Program-made: the position numbers and the translations under genes
DNA from: Chiloscyllium plagiosum
Lineage: Eukaryota
Assembly: GCF_004010195.1 (NCBI RefSeq)
Contig: NC_057720.1
Coordinates: 18,014,425-18,078,424, forward strand
Direction: 5' to 3'
DNA length: 64,000 nt
In this document: positions 26,507-38,955 of the stretch, piece after piece
Layout of the letters: each line of letters opens with the position of its first letter
Position numbering within the stretch: position 1 is the first letter of the stretch
Notes under the pieces: model-generated
What the model was told of the DNA's origin: nothing
The model's database searches: none
The model's input: the letters and a program-made list of their open reading frames with translations, nothing else

Positions 26507-29500
26507 ATTTGAAGAGGGAAGCAAAAAAGTGATAGGTTTGTGTGTACTGTGGAAAAAAGTGATGAGGAGCAAGTGGAACAAAAGGGAAATCCAGGGAAAA
26601 TTCAGAGGACGGATGAGATTTAGAGATCACAGGTGTCACAAAAACCAAAGGAAACAGTAATGGCTGTAAAGCAGTCCAGTGTAGGCGTCAAAAGCAGAAT
26701 ATAGATCAGTTTTGCTGAAAGCAAAACCAAGGAAATTAGCCTCTGGCAGTTGGGTGAAAGGTCAAGGAATCAAGGTGGAGGACTGAGTTCTTTCTCTGAT
26801 GCTCGAGCTCAAGATTGAGTACAGAAGGGTCAAAAGTGCAGAAATTGAAAACGTAATGCTGTTTCTCCAGCTTGCATTAATTTCACTGAAACACTGCAGC
26901 AGATATAAGACAGTAGTGCAAGCATGACAGCAAGCTGGTGTATTAACATAACAAGGAACTGGAATGTCTGGGTCATGCTTGCTGACTGAATCGAGGTATT
27001 CTGGAGTCATCCAGTCTGTATTTGATCTCCCCAGCAATGGAGGAGACTGTACTGTGAATACAGTAAGGCTAGAATAAAAAGTGTACAATTAAATCACTTC
27101 TCTTGGAAGGAGAGTATGGGACCTTGGACAGCAAGAAGGTAAAAGGATAAGTGTTCCATATCTTGTGAATGCACAGAAAGGTGCTATGGGAGGAGGACAA
27201 GATGTTGGGGGTGATTAAGGATGAACCAGGGTGTCATGGAGGGAACGGTCCATGTGGAATGCTGACAGGGGAAGGAAAGGGAAGGTAAGATGCTACAAAT
27301 GTCAGAAATGATCATTTGAATAAGGAGGCTGGTATAGAGTGGGAAGTGAAGATAAGGAGAACTTTATTGTGTTTCTGAGAGGAAAGGGGAAAAGGGTGAG
27401 GACAGAAGCACAGAAAGTGGGTCTAACATGATTGAGGTCCTGTCCATAATTGCAGTCGGGAGAAAAAGGGAAGGCATGCTGGAAACATCTTTGTGAAATA
27501 GTCAGATCACGTAGCGTGGAGGTGAAGTAACTGGGAGAATGAAATGGAGTGTGAGGATGTATGTTGAGACACTTGTGACATTCGGTGAGTTTTGTAATGA
27601 ATATTAGTAGATAGCCTATCTCCAGAAATGGAGACACACAAATCAAGAAAGGGAAGGGAATAGTCAGAGATGGACCAGTTAAAAGCGACTAAGGGATTGA
27701 AACTGAAAGGAAAATTGATTAATTTTTTCTAATTCTAGATGAATGCCAGAGTGACATTGATACAATCAATGATGGCTCAGAGAGTGTGTGTGCAGAGGAA
27801 AGAGACCTGAATAGGGCTAGAACAAGGAATGTTCAACAAACCTGATACACATGTGCAAGTGTGAAAAAACAAAGCAAGGGGAGAAAAATGTAGCAAGTTC
27901 CACTTGCTCCTCCCCGACTTGTTCTATCGAGAGTATAAGACCCATCAGTTTTCTGTCTCTCTTCAGTTCCAAAGAGGACTCTTACTGGATTCAAAATAGT
28001 AATTGCTTTTCCAGGCATAGAATTTCTCCCACAATTTGTTTTTATTTAGAATGTAATGTACATACTTTACAGAGAAAAGATGGCTTGAAACACATTGGAA
28101 GAATGTCATAAATTTTAGGGTTTTACAAGGATGTTAATTGGCATCCAAGCTTAAATCAATCTTTCAGCCTTGAACATAATACGGATTCTTTACCTTTCTT
28201 CATTTTGGAGATTTCAGATCTGAGTCCACTTTTTCAGTGACTATTGCCATTGTGGTGTTGTATTTTGCAATATTTTACAATTAATCTTATTAGTAAAATG
28301 GACTGGGACTGAACACTATCATCTGACAGGAAGTGACAACTGGTAAATGGACAGTGCGTTTTATAAACAGTGTAAATTATTGCAGTGTGAAGCAAACCCT
28401 TCAACTGATGTTGACTATTGCTTAAGCACTGAACCATAACCTGGATTCTAACACTAGATTTGGGGTTAGAAGCACTAGATTTTAATCCTCAATGAACAGG
28501 AAATAAGACCACTTTGCTGAACTGCCAACTGCACTGAGAATACTAATATTGTTTAACATAGTTGCAAAAATTGAAAAAAATCTGCTCAAGTGTAAACGTG
28601 CTAAAGATTAGTACTAGCAAATAACCTGAAACCAGAAGGTTTCCAGTGAATCAGAACAGGAAACCAGAATAAAGCTAACTCCGGTAGGTCATGACTTCTC
28701 GATTACTGTAAAATAGAAAATCATGATTTGAATCCTCTGCTTATCTGTGCTGAGTCTGGCATCACATAAAAGGTTAAGTGATTTAAGCTCAAGCTGAAGA
28801 AACTTTCAGAAACTTAACCACATAGTTCTTTCTTTGACATTAACCTGTTCATGACCTTGATTTGCTGTCTGAAAGATGAACAAGAGCAAGTTGAAAAAAG
28901 TGTGTTTTAACTTCTCATTAATTTGGGATACCCAATGATTCCACCAGTCATTGCCTAATAAAACTAGGGAATGATGTTACCATACAGGCATGTATCATTA
29001 TTTCTGAAATGCGTAAATTCCCTATATTTAGAGAGTATACAAATATGACCACAATTTTGCAACATGAAATTCAGTTTATTATTAAAAGTTTAGCATCATA
29101 ACATACTTCTTTGGTATTAAGACTATTTCTTAACTACAAACATAGCTAGATTTTATTTGGCTTGGTGTTAAATACTAGCCAAAAACACTGTTGAAATCTT
29201 GCTTCTACATATAACTTCCAGACTGAGGTTTTATACCAGATATATCCTCAAAACTGCAAAAAATCTAAATCCCATTCAGATTTTTGTTTTAAATTTAAAA
29301 TTTCACTGTGAAATGTGCAGATGACAAAGCTTAAAGATACAGCAAGCATGAAGAAGGTGGCAACAGACTTCAGAAGGATACTTGCAGAAACATGGCAAGT
29401 AAAATTTAATGTCTAGGAATGTGGGATTTGACATGGTAGCAAGGAGGAGATGGGGGAACGTGAACTAAACGTTACAGTTTAAAAGTGATGTAGGAACTGA

Positions 29501-31285
29501 CAGATTAGAAGAAATCTTTGAAGCTGGACAGGTTTAGGTAGTTAAGAGTAAAATGTGGGATTCTTGGCTTTGATAAAAGGAATAGTGTATAAAAACAAGG
29601 AAGTTTGGTGAAATCTTAAAAAAAAAATTGCTAAGGCATCAAATGGTCTTGCACGTCTCCGTTCCTATTTATCCAAACATAGTCACTGTACCTTCAGGTT
29701 AGACCACCGTTCCTTCCTTCCTTGGAATATTACTTTTGGGGCTCTGCAAGACGCTGTCCTTAGAAAGGTTATAGGTAAGGAAACGCTGTAGTCCCATCAG
29801 TGGCAAAGGGTGAGTATTCATATACATATGGATGATATCTCTGCATCACCACTCCATAACTCCCTCAGCTGTCTGTCATCAGACTGCTTGACTGATGACA
29901 AATATTGGATAAATCACAACTTCCTCCAATTTAAGGTCTTTAAAATGAAAGCCACAGCCTTCGACTCTGCCACAAAATCTGCTCCTCTGCCACTACTTCC
30001 TGCCACTGATTACCTGTAATCTTGGGCATCCTGTTTGAGCCTAAGTACTAAAGCCTATATTCTAACCAGTGCCAAGTCCCATCTCTGTAAAACTGCTAGT
30101 CTTTTCTACAGACTCTGCTGCTATTGAAGCCCTTATGCTTACTTCGGAATCTGACTACACCTATGCTCCCTTTACTGATCACCCCTGCTCTACCCTACAA
30201 CGTCTTAATTTAAAGAGCATTCTGTTACTTAGATCACGACTCCCTGGATGACCTACATTTTAGGCTTGAAAATATTCAAGGCAGAGTGAGAGAGAGATGT
30301 GTGTCAAGGGAGTTGAGAATTACAAGAGGGAAAGGTGAGTTTAGATCACAAATCAGCCATGGTCTTATGAAATAGCAAAGCAGACTGAGGGGCCCAACAG
30401 TTTACTCCTGCTCTTATGAATTACACTGACACTTGGTTCTCTTCAGTGTTACATGAAATCCACATCATCCTCCTCAACTTCATTCAAGAGCATGCCTTCT
30501 TTCTGCAAGACCTTCCAACCTTGTGCCCCTCCCAAATGTTCAGTTCCTGAACTTCGCTTGTTGAACATCACTTCCTCATCTTCAATCCACAACTGGCTAC
30601 ATGGTCTTTTATGTCCTCAATTTTACTCTTTGAAATTCCACATCAAAATCAATCCATTTTGAAAAGAAAGTCTTGAGCGCCTTTTCCTTGGTAACTCTGC
30701 CCAATCTGTCCTTGCCAGACAACTTGTTTATCTTGCACTGACTTGTGCAGCACCTTATAATGTTTTCCACATTAGAAATGCACAATATAATTGCAAATTA
30801 TTATTGATATTGCATGAAGAAAAAATATGAAAATAAACCACCAGATTTAAATTTGGTGGAAATAACTTATTTCCTGTAGGAATAATTCCTGTTGACCAAC
30901 TTCTACAATTTCAAGTGGGCCCCATACGACAGTCAACATCACAGCACATTATCAGTTACTGTTCGTGCAGTGGGAACGTGATAAAATGACATGTATTTTG
31001 AATAGCAGCGATTGCTGAGATGTTAGAAAATTCCCCTTATAAAAATACTATTCATTATGAATGCTGGAATTGGTTTAATCAATTACGGTGTATAAACTGA
31101 ATAAAAAATCCACAAATACAGCGCTATTAATATTTACCCAGTTGGGCACCATTCACTTGGAATAGTTAAGTAAAAGAATAATTCTGAAATGGGAGAAAGT
31201 GAGGACTGCAGATGCTGGAGATCAGAGCTAAAAAATGTGTTGCTGGAAAAGCACAGGAGGTCAGGCAGCATCAAAGGAACAGGAG

Positions 31286-31322
31286 AATCAACGTTTCGGG
31301 CATAAGCCCTTCTTCAGGAATG
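31286..31322 (-). ncRNA. Minimal type I hammerhead ribozyme motif in the PLE terminal repeat
   Basis: The minus strand reads CAUUC-CUGAAGA-A-GGGC(UUAU)GCCC-GAAA-CGUU-GAUU. The core is intact, there is an extra A before stem II, and stem III is reduced to the palindrome ACGU. Stem I pairing is weak. Confidence 0.7.
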
Positions 31323-32380
31323 AGGAGGATGTGCCAAGCAGGCTAAGATAAAAGGTAGGGAGGAGGGACTTGGGGGAGGGGCGCTGGGAATATGACAGGT
31401 GGAAGGAGGCTAAGGTGAGGGTGAGGCCGGAGGGGGGTTTGGGGCAGAGAGGTCGGTAAGAAGATTGCAGGTCAAGAAGGCGGTGCTGAGTCTGAGAGTT
31501 GGGACTGAGAAAAGGTGGGGGGAGGGGAAGTGAGAAAGCTGGAGAAATCTGCATTCATCCCTTGTGGTTGGAGGGTTCCTAGGCGGAAGATGAGGCGCTC
31601 TTCCTCCGGACGTCATGTTGCCATGGTCTGGCAATGGAGGAGGCCAAGGACCTGCATGTCCTTGGCAGAGTGGGAGGGGGAGTTAAAGTGTTCAGCCACA
31701 GGGCGGTTGGGTCGGTTGGTGCGGGTGTCCCAGAGGTGTTCTCTGAAACATTCCGATGTGTGGAGGTGCAGGTGAATTTCTGAAGGATATGGAAGGATCC
31801 CTTGGGCCCTTGGAGGAAAGTGAGGGGAGAGGTGTGGGCGCAAGTTTTGTCAGAAATGCACCTGCACCTCCACACACATCATTTACTGCATCCGCTGCAC
31901 CCGATGTGGCCTCCTGTACATTGGGGAGACAGGCCATCTACTTGCGGAATGTTTCAGAGAACACCTCTGGGACACCCGCACCAACCAACCCAACCGCCCT
32001 GTGGCTGAACACTTCAACTCCCCCTCCCACTCCGCCAAGGACATGCAGGTCTTTGGCCTCCTCCATCGCCAGACCATGGCAACACGACGCCTGGAGGAAG
32101 AGCGCCTCATCTTCCGACTGGGAACCCTCCAACCACAAGGGCTGAATGCCGATTTCTCCAGCTTTCTTATTTCCCCTCCCCCCACCTTTTCTCAGTCCCA
32201 ACCCTCAGACTCAGCACCGCCTTCTTGACCTGCAATCTTTTTCCCGACCTCTCCGCCCCCACCCCCTCTCCGGCCTATCACACTCACCTTAGCCACCTTC
32301 CACCTATCATATTCCCAGCACCCCTCCCCCAAGTCCCTCCTCCCTACCTTTTATCTTAGCCTGCTTGACACACCCTCCTC

Positions 32381-32416
32381 ATTCCTGAAGAAGGGCTTAC
32401 GCCCGAAACATTGATT
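32381..32416 (+). ncRNA. Second hammerhead motif, stem III mutated
   Basis: CUGAAGA-A-GGGC(UUAC)GCCC-GAAA-CAUU. A G>A change breaks the ACGU palindrome. Confidence 0.55.
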
Positions 32417-33292
32417 CTCCTGTTCCTTTAATGATTCTGAAATACCAGTTTTGAGTTCTAAAGATCATCATTTGTGTTTAATATCTGAAATGCAACACAA
32501 AACCAAACATAAAACTATGTCATGCTTGTCTGTCTATACACTACTCAATTGGTGAAGGCATGAGTGTCAGGGCAAGAGTTAATTTAATTGAAATGTTGAC
32601 TTTTTTTGCCTAGGCCTCAGGACCATATGCTATTGTTGCACTGACATGTAAAGGAAATTTGTACTGTGCTTGTTCTGTGTTGTATACACTGGAAGAGGTA
32701 ATAAGGGCTCATGTATTCAGGCTTAAAAACCACATGACCCTTGTGAATGCTATCTTATCGCATCACAGGTTCCTTAGGCTGACCACAACCACTTAAATCA
32801 GACTAAACCAGCGAGGTGACTCGGGATTTTTGACACGTACCAACAATCTGATAGAACATTTGGTCACCAATCAGCTTATAAACCTCTGCTGCACCGAGTG
32901 CAAATCTGATCACCATTCCTTCAGGCAACTGCACTTACAAGATAGGTTAACATGAAACACACAAAATGAAGATTTACTGTTACATTCTTTCAGGTCAAAA
33001 CAAAATGTTTGGGCTTCTTTAGCCATGAAATGTTAAATAAGAGTTAAATAAGGGGCTAATTCAGTGAGAAACTTATCCTAAGTTATGACTCAGAACTACC
33101 AGTAAACATCAAGAATGCAGCAGCTCACTATTTATCCAGACCAGGCAATGATACTAAATTAATAATCTTGTCAGGAGACTATATTTTGACTTTCTGGATT
33201 TACTGGTGAAATACTCAATTTGTTGAGCCTAGGTTCACCTCCATCAGGACCCACACAAAGTCTAGAACTGAAGTGGTTGTACTGTAGCTGTA

Positions 33293-33422
33293 TTGTAGCC
33301 CAAGGGCTCATGCCCGAAACGTCGATTCTCCTGCTCCTTGGATGCTGCCTGTCCTGCTGCGCTTTTCCAGCAACACATTTTCAGCTCTGATCTTCAGCAT
33401 CTGCAGTCCTCACCTTTCTCCT
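33293..33422 (+). mobile_element. Mini PLE-terminus insertion
   Basis: aagggctcatgcccgaaacgtcgattctcctgctcc...ctgcagtcctcacctttctcc. TSD TGTAGCTGTA at 33283-33292 and 33423-33432. Confidence 0.85.
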
Positions 33423-34320
33423 TGTAGCTGTACATAGTCCAGTGGACTGGACACTAAATGTTTCGGCCTTTTGTTTCATTATTAAGTCTGCACAAGTATT
33501 ACAATGGACAACTATCAATATCAAAAGTATAGTTTTTTAAAAAACTTAACCGTAACTGAATCTAGCCACCAACATGACGCAAGCAACATTTTCTGTTCTA
33601 TCACACGCCAAACTGTTTGTGATGTCATTCTCAAACAATGAAAATTATTTAGCACAAAGATAAAATCAAATTCTTTATGAAAAGTAGTTTTAAATGGAAG
33701 TGTGGATATTGGTTTAATATTTTAACTGCTGCACTAGCAGCCATAAAATGCATATTATGCACCTCCCATTACTTACATTATGATCAATTCCCAGATCTAC
33801 CTCAATAATCTTATTACTGTGGTTCACCTTTGACAAAAGTGCACGACCAACCCTCTTTTTTTTAAAAAATAGAGTGAATTCCTTTCTTCAGTTTATCCAC
33901 TCACCTCAAAAACACAGAGAAGCTCTTCAGCAAAGAGGGATTATTGCTTCCAATGTCTATTCTTTCTCTCTGACCCCCATCCACATAGTCTGTCATTCAG
34001 CTTAGACTGCCCTTCTGATTTTACTTCATCTTTGAGACCTCCCTCTGCTGCCTGAATCCTCTTCCCATTGTACTACTTACCATCAAATTATACACCTGGT
34101 GCTTTGCTGCTATAAAGTATAGTTCTCTGTTTGGTCATCCCAGTTCCCTTCAAAACTATTGTCACCTTCCCTAAACCCCATGTCTTGCTAACTACCGCAC
34201 GATTTCCAGCATTTCTTTGCTCTCAAGGGTCACTGAACATGCAATTGCCTCTTTGTGCCAATATCTCTTACTCTTTCACTGTATCCTAACAGTCTTCAAT
34301 CAAAGTCACAAAATATGCTT

Positions 34321-34712
34321 CAGGCTGTTTTCCCTGGAGCGTTGGAGACTGAGGGGTGACCTTATAGAGGTTTATAAAATTATAAGGGACATGGATATGA
34401 TAAATAGACAAAGTCTTTTCCCTGGGGTCGGCGAGTCCTGAAGTAGAGAGCATAGGTTTAGGGTGAGAGGGGAAAGATATAAAAGAGACCTAAGGGGCAA
34501 CTTTTTCACGCAGAGGGTGATACGTGTATGGAATAAGCTGCCAGAGGAAGTGGTGGAGGCTGGTACAATTGCAACATTTAAAAGGCATTTGGATGGGTAT
34601 ATGAATAGGAAGGGTTTGGAGGGATATTGGCAGGTGAGACTAGATTGGGTTGGGATATCTGGTCGGCATGGACGGGTTAGACCGAAGGTTCTGTTTCCAT
34701 GCTGTGCATCTC
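34321..34712 (+). mobile_element. CR1 LINE 3' end
   Basis: LFSLERWRLRGDLIEVYKI...RGNFFTQRVIRVWNKLPEEVV..FKRHLD followed by the 3' UTR. Confidence 0.92.
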
Positions 34713-34887
34713 TAGGACACTCTTTGCAATTGTGACTATGGTGCAGCATTCAAAGTGGCTGACAACATAAACTTTCTCAAAAGGCTTTGTTATTGTAACT
34801 CTGCAGAACAACCACTGCAAGGTTTCACTTTTACTTCCATGAATGTAGCTCATATGCTTACAGCAATGAGAAGTAGAGTAGAATAAC

Positions 34888-35215
34888 TTTATTTGTCGTT
34901 TCTACCATATGCAGCTGGTACAATAAAAACAAGACTGTGTTCCTCGTGAGAACACAGACTACACAAGAGTACAGACATAACATAGGGCTGCATAAAGTGC
35001 ATAGGGAAGTGCAAAATATGCACAACAGCACAGTAATTCCTGACTAGAGAAGACAATAGGCTCAGTGGTGGACAAATTACAATGTAACAATGAATGATCA
35101 TTAATAAAATATTGTTTTAGCAGCAATTTACAAAGTAGGCCGAATATTGCAAATGGAATAGACTGTGATCATACACTGTTAAGGAGCCTGATGGTTTGGG
35201 GGAAGAAACTATTCA
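34888..35215 (-). mobile_element. Probable Rex1/Babar 3' remnant
   Basis: tttatttgtc-type tail, resembling the ends at 48870 and 46437. Confidence 0.4.
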
Positions 35216-37089
35216 TTCCATTTCCATTACTCTTTCCAATACCAACCTTTGTTTCTCGAGTTCCCCCAAGGATCTGTCCTTGAGCCTTCCTCTACACATT
35301 ACTTTTCAGTGTCATTATCACAGAAATTAAATTCCCACCTCTCTCAAATCTGCAAAGGCCTTTGTGTTGACAGGCTACTTATTTGACATCCATTCCCGGA
35401 TGCCATCATTTCCTACAGCTAAACATGAAGACATTTTTGCTTCACTTGACAAAAACTATTCCTCTGCTATACTGATCCTGCTCCCCAAACTGACCAATAT
35501 TCTGACTGGCAGTTTATAGACATTGTGTCCAATTTCCTTCAGAACCCATATCTTCTCAAGCACCAAATCTGCTTATTTATTGCCATGCAATATCAAACTG
35601 TTGTCTCTCAAGTTTACACATGCTTTGTGATCCATAAATTCAATAACCTCACATCCTCTAAACTCTTAACTTGTCCAGGGCTCCACAGCAGGAACCCAGC
35701 CCACTTCCATTCAACAATCACTCCTATAAGAACTCTTCCATTAGTGCCTCAACCATTGAGTCGTCATAGTCACTAATGCCCTCACACCACTTTCACTGAC
35801 CTCATGTTACCCCCATCTCAGAACATTCGGTTCCTGATTCCAATCTTCTGAGCTTTCATTTTCCAAGCCAGTGGCTGCCTTATCTGTGGTATTCACTTCA
35901 AATGTCTATTCACCTCTCTATCCTGCTATAGACTTTGTCAAAATCTATTTCAAGTAAACCTTTTGTCACCACTCCATTTTGGATCAGAATTTATTTTTTG
36001 TATAATTTATTTTCATATTTATGACGTAGCAGTATAAAACTTTAGTTAAGCCACATTTCGAATACTGTGTGCTGTTCTGCTCAATACACTATGGGAAGGA
36101 TGGTTTTGGAGAGGGTGGAAGAGAGGTTTACCAGGATGTTGCCTGGACTGGATTGTATTAGATATAAGGAGAGGTTGGACAAACTTGCTGGAGCATTGGA
36201 GGGTGACCTTGTGTTGCACTGTTCTATGCTCTCTAAACTTACCTTGGGAAATGTTTGAGTTATATTTAAGATGCTACATAAATAACATTTTGTTGTATTT
36301 GTACAATATGAACAGGTAAATATCAAATTACAATAATCTCCTATTTCCATGACAGAAAAGCCACAAGTGAGCTGTGTAGATGGTCACCACCAGAGAAGTA
36401 TGTTTTTTAAAAATCATATTCTATACATAGCAAAGATTAAAAAATATTGCTAAACTCTCCTGTTGTGGGGTTTGAAACATTGAAGGTAGGGAATGAGAAT
36501 GGAGGGCCAATGCCCCTAACTATGATACTTCCAGGATTGAAAATGTGGGCATGCAAGTCATCACGAGTGCTTAAATGATTGTTATTTAATATCCAGAGGC
36601 TGGAGGAGGAGGAGAATTCAGAGGGATGCATGGAATTTAAAGTTTTGAGATCTGAAATTGATTTATGTTTAGAGATAGTGCAATAAATCTGAATTTCAAT
36701 CTGGCTATAACAAAAAAAAACAAATTAGATAACTATCTCCTAGTGAAATAAACAAACACCTCACGACCCTACAGTTCACCTTAATCCAAGAGCAACAGAT
36801 AAGGTAAAAGAAAAATTCAACTTCAGCCTTAATCAGTTGTTGTGTCCCAAATGGAGATAAGCTAATTCTCCTTATGGATTTCAATGTCAGAATAGGAAGC
36901 GACACAAACCTCTGGAAAGATCTGATTGACAAGGAAGTCACAGGGAAAATAAATACCAGAATCCCCCTCTTGACAAAATGTCTAGAACAAGATCAGTTTA
37001 TAAAAACACCCTTTTTTTTTCCCAAAAGACAAAAGACTTCATGGTAACATTCTCACTCTAAACTTTGACGCTTGCTTGACTGCATCATT

Positions 37090-38310
37090 AGATGAAAAGG
37101 ATGACAAGGATCTTTGCATCACCCAAACCATGATAGGAACGGAGAACTGCTGAAACCAACATTACTTAGTCTGGTCTCCTACTCCATCAGTTTAGCACAA
37201 AACTGGCTGTGGAGCTGCTGCAGCAGGAAAATCAATGTTGAAGGACTCAAAAACTGCTGTGAAGATAGATTTGTTCAGTCAGCTCCTCTGAAGCAACCTG
37301 GTGATGTTTAATGAACTGGAACCACAGTGCATGGTCTGCCCCAAGTCTATCAAAAATAGCACCTCCAAGGAGACTTGCCTTCTCTTCCTGGAAAATTCCA
37401 GACTGGCTTGGCTAGAAGAGCCAGGAGATCTGGGAGCTATCAAATCAAAAATACAAGACATTCCTGAACTGGGAGCACCTCCCAAATCAGAGGGAAAGAT
37501 AGCCTAAAGACAAATGAAGGCATAGATCCAATTAGAAAATGATAATCTAAAGAACAGGTTTGGATACACAATCCATCAACTGACAGCCACAGCCCTTCAG
37601 TATTATCATGACTAATTCTTCAGTGGAGTTAAGATCCAGCACCCAATGATTACTCCACAGAGTTAAGAAAGAGTGGCTCTGACTACCTCTCATTGATAAG
37701 TCGGCACACATTGGAAGGAACACTTCAAGGGTCTCTTCAACTCAGACTAAGTCCTTGATGTGGGTGCCCTCGAACTCAGTCCAAAGAATACAAACTGCGA
37801 CCATCTCAGCACAATCCAGCATGACAGGAAGCTGTGAAGGTTATCCTACAGCTGAGAATTAACAAGGTGGAATCCTTGTTGACATACTGAAATACAGCAG
37901 AGAAGCACTCAGAGATATCTCCAAATCAGGAAGATGGAGAGAATTTCAGAGGATCTCCAAAACACCAAAGGTGTGACAATCTTCAAGAAAAGAAATAAGA
38001 CCAATAATGGCATTGCTCTTGCCCACCACAGGGAACACTATGACAAGAATCTTCTTCAATCATTTCACTTCAGTGGCTGAAGAGCTCCTCTCAGAGTCTT
38101 GATGTTTATTCTGCCTGTCAAGAGACACAGTGGACATGATCCTCTCAGCAAGACAAATCGAAGAAAAATGCAGAAAGCAGTAATGAGCATCATAATTGGC
38201 CTTCTTTGACCTCACAAAGGCCTTCGATTGTCAACTGAGAGGGATAATTAATCATCCGATTCAAATCTGGTCCCAAGACCCTTGAAATCTTCAAGGTCAA
38301 ACATGGGCAA
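37090..38310 (+). mobile_element. Degraded RTE-clade LINE ORF fragment
   Basis: WKEHF..LFN, AEELLSES*C.F..SRDTVDMILSARQIEEKCRKQ and AFFDLTKAFD are RTE-type RT motifs. Confidence 0.75.
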
Positions 38311-38955
38311 AAAAACCATCACCTGTCAACTGATGAATCAGTACTCTTCAACTTGAAGGGTACACCAGAATGGCATGTGCATAGCACATACTCTGGGTTG
38401 TGTATTTCAATGTCCGCCACAAAGAGTAGCTCAGAAGCACCACTACAGACACAGTAGGTTGCCCTAAAGGATATAACTGTTAAACTGATTCATCAGCAGG
38501 ATGGGAAGAGAAGCAAAAAGCAGGAAAAACATACTTGATCTTGTCCTCACCAAAATGCTTGTCATAGACATGTTTGTCCACGACAGTAGTGAAAGGAGTG
38601 ATCACTGCAGAGTCATTGTGCAGGTAAAGTCCCATCTTCACATTGAGGACATCCTCCATTGTGTTGTGTGGCATTACTACTGTGCTAAATGGGACAGACT
38701 TCGAACAGATCTAGCAACTCCAATGCAGGGAGCAGTAATGACCATCATAATTGGCTTTCTTTGACCTCAACTATCAACAGAGAGGGATAATTAGTCATCC
38801 TATTCAAATCTGGTCCCAAGACCCTTGAAATCTTCAAGGTCAAACATGGGCAAATAAACCTCGTGCTGATCATCAGTAGGCAATCAGTAGCAACAGCATT
38901 GTATTTAACCACAGTCTGCACTGCCAAGAAAAAGCATTTGTATTCCAGTGACTCC

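Larger units (their letters stand above)
25643..27835 (-). mobile_element. Old Penelope-like element, interrupted by a solo LTR
   Basis: The minus strand retains a degraded GIY-YIG tail (..GEIKYRLDD..; SVSKHDPDIPVPC..LLQCFSE..). Its terminus at 25643-25759 has a decayed hammerhead (gaagagtcatatcagacttgaaacgttaac). Confidence 0.7.
31191..32433. mobile_element. Penelope-like retroelement insertion with 5' inversion (GIY-YIG endonuclease region plus two terminal repeats)
   Basis: The minus arm spans 31191-31850 and the plus arm 31851-32433. The plus frame 31851-32228 is open: QKCTCTSTHIIYCIRCTRCGLLYIGETG..REH..PVAEHFN..RRLEEERLIFRLGTLQPQGLN. A 10-bp TSD ATTCTGAAAT lies at 31181-31190 and 32434-32443. 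Confidence 0.92.

Noticed and set aside
31288..32228. Dense pile of overlapping ORFs suggesting a novel GC-rich gene
   Set aside because: It is explained by the two inverted GC-rich PLE arms. Only the GIY-YIG frame is meaningful, and it lacks a start and an RT domain.
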